Shown here: one piece after another, positions 56,570 to 64,000 of the stretch | Position numbering within the stretch: the first letter of the stretch is position 1 | Layout: the number at the start of each line of letters is the position of its first letter | DNA from: an uncultured Bacilli bacterium | GTDB lineage: Bacteria > Bacillota_I > Bacilli_A > RF39 > UBA660 | Length of the DNA: 64,000 nt | Assembly: GCA_934148015.1 (NCBI GenBank) | Contig: CAKPCU010000002.1 | Coordinates: 30,672 to 94,671 of the forward strand | Reading direction: 5' to 3' | The notes under the pieces: model-generated | The model's input: the letters and a program-made list of their open reading frames with translations, nothing else | The model's database searches: none | Told to the model about the DNA's origin: nothing | Program-made: the position numbers and the translations under genes

Positions 56570-59500
56570 TTATTTTGTTATAAATGCTTTATCTGTAAAA
56601 CTTATCATTTTATCATTATCGTATAAGTAAAATCTTAACTTATACAAATTATAATCTAAACTATTAGGTTTTAAATTAATAGTTATCTTATTATTAAAAT
56701 CATTTTTATTATCTACTAATAAATACATATTATCTTTATATAGTGTTAAATTATCAGATGTATAATCATTTATATTTATTTGTTTATAACTTACATCTAA
56801 TGCTGATAATACACTTTTTTTAAGTAATGATACATATATTTTAGGATTTGATAATTTACCCTTATACAATATATTATAATTCATACTGTAATTATCTAAA
56901 GTTTTCTTAATTATCTTTTCGTTACTATCTTGTATATCAAATGAGTAATTATGAGTATTCTTCTTATTTGTAACATTTAAAGGAATATTTATAGAATCTA
57001 TAGATAATATGTTATCTAATACTCCATCAAATGATAAATAAGCTTCTATATCAAAGTAGTATTTACCCTCATCTAAAATGCTATTATCTACTTTAGTTAT
57101 AATATTAAGAACTTTATTTAAAGTATCACTACTATTTGATAAATTAATATTTATTACATCTTTATTCATAGAATATTTATTATCATCTATCATAAATTTA
57201 ATGTTCTTTAAATACTTATGATCTACTATATTTTTATTTGAATCTAATACTTTTATCTTTAATCCCCATACCATGTTAAGTAAATTACTATCTATAATCT
57301 TATTTTTATTTATATAGCTATATACTTTTGATAAATTAATATCTATATTATTTTCAGAGTTACTATTATACATAACTTCATCACTATAATTAGATTTTAT
57401 TTGAGCATTAGAAGTCATATTATTGTATATATTTATTTCTTTTAAACTATTCTTTAAAGAACCTCTAACTTCGTTTTTCTTATTATCTAAAACTGAAACT
57501 GATAATATTAAACCGCTAATTTCTTCATCTATATTACAATGAGAAAAATCTACAGTTATTTTATAGGTATCATCTATATTTTTAGTTACATCTTTTTTAA
57601 ATACTTCTTTAGAAGATTTTCCAATTAAACTAAATAAGTCAAATGAATATAAGTAATATGAATCTTTTAATAAATAGTCATCTTCTTTTACATTATAAGT
57701 ATACATACTATTATTTAAATTCAAAGTTATTTTAGTATTAACAGGTAATATTTTATTTGACTTTAAGTAAAATGTATCATTATCATTAAATTTATAATCT
57801 GATTTATAAGTATATTTTAATAAAATACTAGAATTACTTGTTATATTTAATTTATCGTATGACTCATCATAGTTATTTAATATGTATAATCCTTCACACT
57901 TATAACCCTCATACAAAATTAAGTCTGATGAAGCATAAGATGCAATACCTATATTATCTAAAGCTTTAATATAAATAATAGAACTTTTATTATTTATAGT
58001 TATCTTATCTTTATAATTAGTCCATAAACTATCATCTATTAAATCTAGTTTTTCTTTATTTAAGACCCCTTCTGAAACATAATACTTAATAGATTTAACA
58101 CCAGACATTTCATCTTTAGCATTTACAAAAATGTCTAAATTTTCATTTATAAAATATATAGATGGATTATCATTTAAAGTATTTAAAGTTTTATTATTAT
58201 AACTTATCTCTATATCACATCCACTTAAATCAAGTACTAATATATCAGAATTAATATACGTAATATTATCATTATAATCAACTATTTTAGCATATATAAT
58301 GTAATACCCTTCTTCACTAATTTTCTTTGATGATGTAAATAACTGCCAGTCAGTTATATTGTTTAATTCATCATAAGATAATGCATTCTTATCTTTTTTT
58401 ATGTAATAGTATATTTCTTTAACCTTATTTAAATTATCATCTTCTTTAATATTAAACGTAATATCATTACTTACTAAAACTTCATTTAAGCTGTAGCTTA
58501 CATTATTCCAAGAATAAGAATTAATATTAATGCTCGCTAAAGGCTTATTAATATCATCGGTATATAATATTGGATAAGAATCATCTTCATATACCCAAAC
58601 ACTATTAATGTTATTTTTTATGTTATCTAAATCTGTAAATTCACTAAAGCCTAGTGTGTTAACTAAAAAGTTTTTATTTTTTAAATTAGAAGTATAAGTT
58701 ATTTTACCTGTATAATTACCTGAAAATGCATATTTACTTGATGAAGCGTATGAATTTGTTATGCTAATAGATGAAGATAATATGTTTAAAATAAAGTAAG
58801 AATCAGTTGCATTAAAAGTATTTTTTATAGAAAAGTTATTTGTATTATTTATATTTCCTATAATACCAGATGAGTTTTCTGCACTTATCTCTCCTGCGTT
58901 ATAAGTATTTGATATTAAACCAGATGCATTATTTAAGTAAGATATAATACCTGATGCTATCATTTTACTATTTATAGAGCCTGTATTATATGAATTATTA
59001 ATATTTATTTTTTCCCTTCCTAATGAAACTATACCAGATGAATAATTATAACCATATACATATGCCTTATTAATAGTATTTAAAATATTAGTATTACTAG
59101 CTTCTGAAGCAATTCCAGATGAAATACCAAGTTTATATTTTACTTTGTATTTTAAATTAGTTATTTTAATATCTTCTATCGTGTTTAATTTATATAAAAT
59201 AGATAAATTACTAGCACTACTATCTACATTTATACTAAAGTTACTACTATCTATACTATTATTATTTATAGATATACTAGATAAGCTAGAAAAGTTATCT
59301 ATTACACCTTCTAAAGTAATACTTTCTATATCATAGTAAGATAAGTTAATATTACTTAAATCTATATTTGATGAAGTACTATCTTTTGATAATAAAATAT
59401 CATCTAAACTTATTTCATTTTCTTCATAAGTATTATTATCACTACCAATTACATATCCACCATAAATAGTATTTTCTATTAAACCATTATCTACATTTGA

Positions 59501-60118
59501 TGCAATACCACCAGTTATATTTCCACCATAAATAAGTGAATTTTGTACATATAAATCTTTAACAGTTCCATTTAAATTAGTAAATAATCCAAGATATTTA
59601 GTATCTTTTTTAGTTATATAAGCACCGTATATAGTATGAGAATTACCATTAAATGTACCCTTAAAATTATTAATTGAATCAAATAAGTTAATACTACCAA
59701 CTTTATTTGTCATATCACTAGAAGAATAATAATTAGATGAATATTTATCTACAAAATAAGTATTACCATCTAATATATATTTAATTAAATTATCTTCATA
59801 TTTAAATGTACCTTTATTTATTATAATATCATTACTTAACTCAAAATAAGTATTACTATAACTTGTAGTTTTAAGCATATTACTAAAATAAGCTAACTCT
59901 GATGCATTAGAAATAATAAAAGGATCATCCTGACTTCCTGAACCACTTCTATAACTAGAAGAAATAGAGCCATCCCAAGTATTATCAATGTTTAAAGGAT
60001 TTCTATTTTTTTGTCTTGCAAAAGTCGCTATTGAAACAGATGATAGTATCAAAATAAAAATTGCTATAAGTATTATATATATTTTATTTTTTTTACTTTT
60101 AAGGTTAAACTTTTTCAT
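56570..60118 (-). CDS. Giant secreted protein (1182 aa) with GLUG-like repeats and Ig-like C-terminal modules; no LPXTG motif
   Basis: The N-terminal helix ends in IATFARQKN and is followed by NTWDGS...GSQDDPFIISNASELAYF. Repeats include GGIASNVDNGLIENTIYGGYV, SGIASEASNTNILNTINKAYVYG and SGIVSL...NNSYNTGSI. Confidence 0.7.
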   Translation of the reverse strand: MKKFNLKSKKNKIYIILIAIFILILSSVSIATFARQKNRNPLNIDNTWDGSISSSYRSGSGSQDDPFIISNASELAYFSNMLKTTSYSNTYFELSNDIIINKGTFKYEDNLIKYILDGNTYFVDKYSSNYYSSSDMTNKVGSINLFDSINNFKGTFNGNSHTIYGAYITKKDTKYLGLFTNLNGTVKDLYVQNSLIYGGNITGGIASNVDNGLIENTIYGGYVIGSDNNTYEENEISLDDILLSKDSTSSNIDLSNINLSYYDIESITLEGVIDNFSSLSSISINNNSIDSSNFSINVDSSASNLSILYKLNTIEDIKITNLKYKVKYKLGISSGIASEASNTNILNTINKAYVYGYNYSSGIVSLGREKININNSYNTGSINSKMIASGIISYLNNASGLISNTYNAGEISAENSSGIIGNINNTNNFSIKNTFNATDSYFILNILSSSISITNSYASSSKYAFSGNYTGKITYTSNLKNKNFLVNTLGFSEFTDLDNIKNNINSVWVYEDDSYPILYTDDINKPLASININSYSWNNVSYSLNEVLVSNDITFNIKEDDNLNKVKEIYYYIKKDKNALSYDELNNITDWQLFTSSKKISEEGYYIIYAKIVDYNDNITYINSDILVLDLSGCDIEISYNNKTLNTLNDNPSIYFINENLDIFVNAKDEMSGVKSIKYYVSEGVLNKEKLDLIDDSLWTNYKDKITINNKSSIIYIKALDNIGIASYASSDLILYEGYKCEGLYILNNYDESYDKLNITSNSSILLKYTYKSDYKFNDNDTFYLKSNKILPVNTKITLNLNNSMYTYNVKEDDYLLKDSYYLYSFDLFSLIGKSSKEVFKKDVTKNIDDTYKITVDFSHCNIDEEISGLILSVSVLDNKKNEVRGSLKNSLKEINIYNNMTSNAQIKSNYSDEVMYNSNSENNIDINLSKVYSYINKNKIIDSNLLNMVWGLKIKVLDSNKNIVDHKYLKNIKFMIDDNKYSMNKDVININLSNSSDTLNKVLNIITKVDNSILDEGKYYFDIEAYLSFDGVLDNILSIDSINIPLNVTNKKNTHNYSFDIQDSNEKIIKKTLDNYSMNYNILYKGKLSNPKIYVSLLKKSVLSALDVSYKQININDYTSDNLTLYKDNMYLLVDNKNDFNNKITINLKPNSLDYNLYKLRFYLYDNDKMISFTDKAFITK

Positions 60119-60170
60119 ACTTATATCACTATCCCTTCTACTTCTTTTTATCTAGTTTATATACATTAAA

Positions 60171-60179
60171 ATTATAACA
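60171..60179 (-). promoter_or_regulatory. Extended -10 element TGTTATAAT upstream of the giant gene
   Basis: Minus-strand reading. It lies just downstream of the terminator at 60199-60232. The -35 element is weak. Confidence 0.4.
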
Positions 60180-60198
60180 TAGATTTGACAAATTTAGA

Positions 60199-60232
60199 CA
60201 AAAAAATGCACCAATCATAACCAATTGGTACA
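60199..60232 (-). terminator. Rho-independent terminator after the 541 aa gene
   Basis: Minus-strand reading: TGTACCAAT, an 8 nt loop, ATTGGTGCA (one mismatch), then TTTTTTT. Confidence 0.65.
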
Positions 60233-60239
60233 TATTATA

Positions 60240-61865
60240 TTATTTCTTAATGCTTTCCTTACTTAGTATTTTTTCAACTTCTGTCATAAACCATATTTTA
60301 TTTGCAGAAGTACTACTATTATTAATTTTATTAATTCTTAATATAAGTAATATTTTATTTAATAAGTTATCTAAATTATCTGGATCCAACTCTTCTAAAG
60401 TTAACTTAATATTACTAAGTCTATACTTATTAATTATTATTTTAGCTATATCAGTATCAGAAAATACTAAAAGACCATTAACTATTATATTAGTAGGATT
60501 CATAGCATATAAATCAAACTTTTCACTTAATTCTTCTATTTCTTCATAAGTACTTAAATTATATACTCTTTGAATAGTTATCTTTTTAAAGTAATCATAA
60601 CTATAATATAAATTTAATACATCAGATATTGAAATAGTATTATTTAATATTTGAAGAACTTTATCTTTAAAATATGCTTTATCATATTTTTGATATAATT
60701 CATATAATTCTTTAGCTATACATACTGAATTAATCTTCATTTGTTTTAAATTAGAATCACTTTTAAATTCAAAGAATCCAGGTCTTCCACCAAATATCTT
60801 TTTATTTAATTTATAAAGTTCTTTTTCTTTAGCTTCTATTTTATCTACTACTTCTTTTAATTCTTTATATTCAGTTTTTTCTTTAGCATCTACTTCTTTT
60901 TTATACTCTTTTTTAAAGTCTTCAAAAAGAGGTAAAAACATAGCATAATTACTATACTCTATAACATTTAATTTTAATTTTTCTAAAATATCACATATCT
61001 TATTTAATTTATCTTTATCATTAAAATCATTTTCATCATAAAATAACGATTGTACTGCATTTGTCTTAACTTTACTATTTTCTAAATATTCATTTATATT
61101 TATTTTACCAGTCTTTGCTAAATTAGCTATATCATATATATTTTCTTTATTAGCAAAATTAAGTTCTATGTATGCTGATTTTAATTTTTCTAAACAATCT
61201 TGATAGTTTTTAATATTATTATTAACCATTACTTCTTTTTGTAATTTTATAATATAACTATTAAATTTTCTATGATTATCTTTTATTAATTTTCTAAAGT
61301 TCAACTCTATATGACTTATAATATCAGGATTTACCCAGTATATTTGCTCAAATATTTCTGATACTTTTTCATATGATAAGCTCTTTTTATTTCTAACGTC
61401 TAAAAAAGAAGACATATATTCATGTACATAGCATGTATATTTAAAATCATCACTTGTTAACTTAATACCTGCTAGTTCAAACTTATCTAAAAAGCCGTTT
61501 ATTATTTCATTTAATGATTTAAAATTAAATGTATAATAATTGTTTAATCTATATAGTAAATCATCAAAACCCATCTTTTCAAAATAACTATTTGATGGAT
61601 TAAGTAAAAATTTTACGTTTTCTAAATTTATTAGAGTATCATTTAATTTATCAAGGTTTTCTCTATCATCTTTTATTTTAATAGCTCTGTTTTTTGCTAA
61701 TATATAATTTCTAACACTATCTTTATATTCGTTATATTTATTTTCCATATCTTTTATATTAGCATTAAATTTTTTCTTATTAGTTTTTGTTTTTGTTGGA
61801 AGTGTTGATAAAAGCGTTTTCTTTGCATTAATATCTTTTACGATAAAGTCTAAAAAGTTATTCAT
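60240..61865 (-). CDS. Cytoplasmic helical protein (541 aa), unknown function
   Basis: No signal peptide or TM helix. Lys/Glu/Asn-rich with coiled-coil-like segments. ATG at 61865 is preferred over the ORF-track GTG at 61874. Confidence 0.6.
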   Translation of the reverse strand: MNNFLDFIVKDINAKKTLLSTLPTKTKTNKKKFNANIKDMENKYNEYKDSVRNYILAKNRAIKIKDDRENLDKLNDTLINLENVKFLLNPSNSYFEKMGFDDLLYRLNNYYTFNFKSLNEIINGFLDKFELAGIKLTSDDFKYTCYVHEYMSSFLDVRNKKSLSYEKVSEIFEQIYWVNPDIISHIELNFRKLIKDNHRKFNSYIIKLQKEVMVNNNIKNYQDCLEKLKSAYIELNFANKENIYDIANLAKTGKININEYLENSKVKTNAVQSLFYDENDFNDKDKLNKICDILEKLKLNVIEYSNYAMFLPLFEDFKKEYKKEVDAKEKTEYKELKEVVDKIEAKEKELYKLNKKIFGGRPGFFEFKSDSNLKQMKINSVCIAKELYELYQKYDKAYFKDKVLQILNNTISISDVLNLYYSYDYFKKITIQRVYNLSTYEEIEELSEKFDLYAMNPTNIIVNGLLVFSDTDIAKIIINKYRLSNIKLTLEELDPDNLDNLLNKILLILRINKINNSSTSANKIWFMTEVEKILSKESIKK

Positions 61866-62010
61866 TTTTATCACTTTCCTTTTCTTCTATATCAAACTTA
61901 TTATCATCCAAAAACTGTAAGAAATCTACTATATCTTGATAAACTTTTATTAGATCTTCCAAGCTTAATTTTGAAAGATCAAATCCCACTTTATTATTCT
62001 CCATTTTCAT
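61858..62010 (-). CDS. Small acidic protein (50 aa)
   Basis: Not in the ORF track. Translation: MKMENNKVGFDLSKLSLEDLIKVYQDIVDFLQFLDDNKFDIEEKESDKNE. Its stop overlaps the next ATG (ATGAATAA). Confidence 0.45.
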   Translation of the reverse strand: MKMENNKVGFDLSKLSLEDLIKVYQDIVDFLQFLDDNKFDIEEKESDKNE

Positions 62011-62028
62011 AATCTATACCTTCCCTTT

Positions 62029-63117
62029 TTAATTAAATGATGTATATCCTGTTGTATCTTTTATAAAATTAATTGAAATAGCAAGTTCAGCCCCAGATGA
62101 ATCTGTCTCTAGACTATCTATATCTTGTCCTTCTATCCATACATAGACTCTCATTTTAGTAACTCCATTTGGAATTGAAAATAACGGAGTATCAAATTCT
62201 GTATCTGTAATAGTTTGTTGTTCTTCAAAATAATTCATATCCATTGCAGAAGAGCCTGATACTGTATCTTTTACATATATTGGTCCTCCAGCTTTTTTAT
62301 AAGCATATGTTGGAAACTTTTCGCCATCCTTTAAATTTATACCATATTCTTTAGCTTTTTCTTTTGACATATTAGTATGAATTCTACTATTAGGTTCAAA
62401 TATAATTGATCTGCAATTATTATTACAAGATAAATTTTGTATTGTTCTATAATCAGTATCTAAAGGTGCACTACCTACTTTAACAAATCCTATTCTAGTT
62501 GAATTAACAAGACCTTGCATTTCCTCTGTTTCTCCATCATCTATGGTAACTTCTGTTCCAAAGTCTAAAAATAAATTATCATCTACAGGAGAACCTGTAT
62601 CATTCTTAACAAATAAATCAAATGCTATAAATGAGCTGTAAGGATATATTCCTTTTTCTGTTAATAATTTAGTATTAACAAATCCATTTTTTTGATTTTT
62701 ATTTCTGTACATAACCCCTGCACTAGAATATATTTCAAATTTTGATTTATTACTATCTCTAACACCTAGTGTAGATACTGGAGTAAGTCCCATCGCAGCC
62801 CACTGACTAGTATTATTAGGATATGTATTTTTTAAGTTATTTATAAGCGTTTCTCTAGATATTTCAACATAATTATCATAGTTAATAGCATCAAAAGATA
62901 TTTGAAGACCACTATTTTTTGTTACTATCATATTAAACGTTTTAACCTTAACATTTAAGTTTGTTGAAAACCATGCATATGTTGCTGCAATTAAAGTAAT
63001 TCCTAAAAAAACAATACTTGTAATTAAAAGAGGGCGATTTTTCTTATGAAGTAATACTCTTTCTTTTACTTTGTTTTTTCTTTTAGCTCTGCTTTTAACA
63101 GTCTTAGTATTTTTCAT
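62029..63117 (-). CDS. Secreted protein with a SipW-cognate-type signal; paralogue of 63191 to beyond 64000 (candidate fibre subunit)
   Basis: The helix ends in ATYAWFSTN. The C-terminus KMRVYVWIEGQDIDSLETDSSGAELAISINF matches its neighbour. Start at MKNTKTV follows the RBS AAAGGTGGTGA. Confidence 0.6.
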   Translation of the reverse strand: MKNTKTVKSRAKRKNKVKERVLLHKKNRPLLITSIVFLGITLIAATYAWFSTNLNVKVKTFNMIVTKNSGLQISFDAINYDNYVEISRETLINNLKNTYPNNTSQWAAMGLTPVSTLGVRDSNKSKFEIYSSAGVMYRNKNQKNGFVNTKLLTEKGIYPYSSFIAFDLFVKNDTGSPVDDNLFLDFGTEVTIDDGETEEMQGLVNSTRIGFVKVGSAPLDTDYRTIQNLSCNNNCRSIIFEPNSRIHTNMSKEKAKEYGINLKDGEKFPTYAYKKAGGPIYVKDTVSGSSAMDMNYFEEQQTITDTEFDTPLFSIPNGVTKMRVYVWIEGQDIDSLETDSSGAELAISINFIKDTTGYTSFN

Positions 63118-63143
63118 ATAATCACCACCTTTTAAATACAAAC

Positions 63144-63174
63144 GAAGAGTAATTATAAATATTTATTACTCTTC
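63144..63174 (-). terminator. Perfect 10-bp intercistronic hairpin (possible attenuating terminator) between the two paralogues
   Basis: GAAGAGTAAT, an 11 nt loop, ATTACTCTTC, followed on the minus strand by GTTTGTATTT. Confidence 0.5.
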
Positions 63175-63190
63175 ATTTATTTATAATTTT

Positions 63191-64000
63191 TTATTCTCCA
63201 TCTTGAGATGTTGTTGGAGTAATATCAGTACTTGGTCCTTCATAATTTACATCAGTTTCAGTAAATCTTTCTTTAGTGAATCCAAAGTTAATTGATATTT
63301 TCTTTCCAAGTGATGCGAAATCATAGTTATCAACATCTTGACCTTCGATAAATACATATACTCTAACCTTTGTAATACTATTAGGAGCTAAAGTCATAAA
63401 TGTAGGTCTTTCAGTTCCTTTTTTATTTTTCATAGTATCTGTAAAGTATGGAAAATCAACTAATTTGTATTGTGATTTATCTTCTGCTTGAGCATATGTA
63501 GCATAATCTACAGTACTGTTTTCATAACTGTTATAACCAGCTCCATCATATACATCAACGTTATCAGCTATAGTAAGTGCTCTTGAAATAGCATATGTTG
63601 GTTTAGCTTCTGTAGTAGTAAATGTTGCACAGTTAGTTTTTGCACCATCTCCTAATGTAGTATCATAAGAAGCTGCATCAGTAACATTAGTTCCTTCTGG
63701 TTTTCTCTTTAAGCATGAAGTTTCATACCAATTAATAGCATTTTGAACGTGTGCAGTATCATTTGGTTCCCAAATTTGAGCACTACGGCAAATACCAGTT
63801 ACTTGAGCTTTACCATCTGCTGCTTCAACATTAGAACATGTAATACCAGTTATATTAGTTGCATCAGTAGTATCTCCTTTAACACGACCAATTTGTGCAA
63901 AGGCAACTCTAACAGAGTTTTCAATACCAGTTCCATTTTGACCAGTTGAAGCAACTTTAACAGCTGAATTAGTTGTTAAATAAATAGCTTCTTCGTTTAA
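63191..64000 (-). CDS. Secreted paralogue of 62029-63117 (candidate major subunit); the 5' end lies beyond the window
   Basis: The ORF-track 80 aa ORF (63191-63433) is only the tail. The same frame stays open with no stop up to 64000. Manual translation: ...VRVAFAQIGRVKGD...GICRSAQIWEPNDTAHV...KVRVYVFIEGQDVDNYDFASLGKKISINF. Confidence 0.7.
   Translation of the reverse strand, partial: LNEEAIYLTTNSAVKVASTGQNGTGIENSVRVAFAQIGRVKGDTTDATNITGITCSNVEAADGKAQVTGICRSAQIWEPNDTAHVQNAINWYETSCLKRKPEGTNVTDAASYDTTLGDGAKTNCATFTTTEAKPTYAISRALTIADNVDVYDGAGYNSYENSTVDYATYAQAEDKSQYKLVDFPYFTDTMKNKKGTERPTFMTLAPNSITKVRVYVFIEGQDVDNYDFASLGKKISINFGFTKERFTETDVNYEGPSTDITPTTSQDGE

Noticed and set aside
63191-63433. 80 aa stand-alone ORF from the ORF track
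   Set aside because: The same frame stays open without a stop up to 64000 and continues the paralogy with 62029-63117. It is therefore the C-terminal tail of a longer, window-truncated gene.
2628-63949. Plus-strand ORFs nested antisense within long minus-strand genes: 2628-2861, 3816-4037 (which is minus-strand, inside lexA), 6405-6605, 15353-15703, 18369-18764, 19788-20078, 22452-22655, 23058-23270, 26653-26859, 34378-34641, 39805-40005, 43633-43899, 43854-44087, 44640-45098, 48765-49169, 51550-51792, 52482-52847, 59145-59336, 60250-60549 and 63743-63949
   Set aside because: All are fully embedded opposite well-supported genes. They have low-complexity Ser/Leu/Phe/Ile-rich translations typical of the antisense strand of AT-rich, Lys/Glu/Asn-rich genes, and they lack RBSs.
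1-64000. Alternative genetic code (TGA read as Trp, Mollicutes-like), considered because of the extreme AT content and the short DnaE and ThrRS
   Set aside because: TGA terminates well-delimited genes (dnaE at 23348, the yhcG-like gene at 6614, the comEA end) with proper downstream RBS and start signals. Trp codons seen are TGG. SEDS, PASTA-kinase and pilin genes indicate a walled Bacillota.
1-64000. CRISPR arrays, rRNA/tRNA genes and IS elements
   Set aside because: I saw no regularly spaced direct repeats, no tRNA-like cloverleaf candidates in the intergenic regions and no transposase-like ORFs. Intergenic regions are short apart from those discussed.

Overview
This is a very AT-rich chromosomal segment, roughly a quarter G+C by eye, from a low-GC Bacillota-type organism. 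It uses the standard genetic code: TGA closes dnaE and the yhcG-like gene, and Trp is encoded by TGG. Almost every gene lies on the minus strand.

The housekeeping backbone shows Bacillus-like synteny:
- the 5' end of a topoisomerase IV/gyrase B gene, yneF, a sirA-position gene and tkt
- a small SOS-box-flanked gene divergent from lexA
- comEA-comEC, a SEDS gene, def and smc-rnc
- dnaE, rpmB, dut-nrdG-nrdD, a Crp/Fnr regulator and an RpoD-like sigma factor
- thrS, a T-box leader and Bacillus-type dnaB-dnaI
- rpe-rsgA-prkC-stp-rlmN

Two accessory regions stand out.

(i) 4.3-10.4 kb, downstream of comEC. It holds a displaced second copy of the comEC 3' end, two dinD-like genes (one frameshifted), a YhcG/DUF1016-type PD-(D/E)xK gene, an unknown gene and a Fic gene. 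No recombinase is present.

(ii) 47.9 to beyond 64.0 kb. This is a 13-gene co-directional locus of at least 16 kb. It combines six secreted proteins carrying a SipW-cognate (TasA/camelysin-class) signal motif with three SipW-fold signal peptidase genes. One peptidase is standalone, one is fused to a roughly 500 aa extension, and one is catalytically dead. The locus also carries a membrane-tethered McrB-family AAA+ protein with a partner in which I see no nuclease motif, and a cytoplasmic 541 aa + 50 aa pair.

The five-gene cassette at 47906-54367, with its own promoter and terminator, is my best candidate for an undescribed system. All family assignments come from motif reading by eye and need HMM or structure confirmation.
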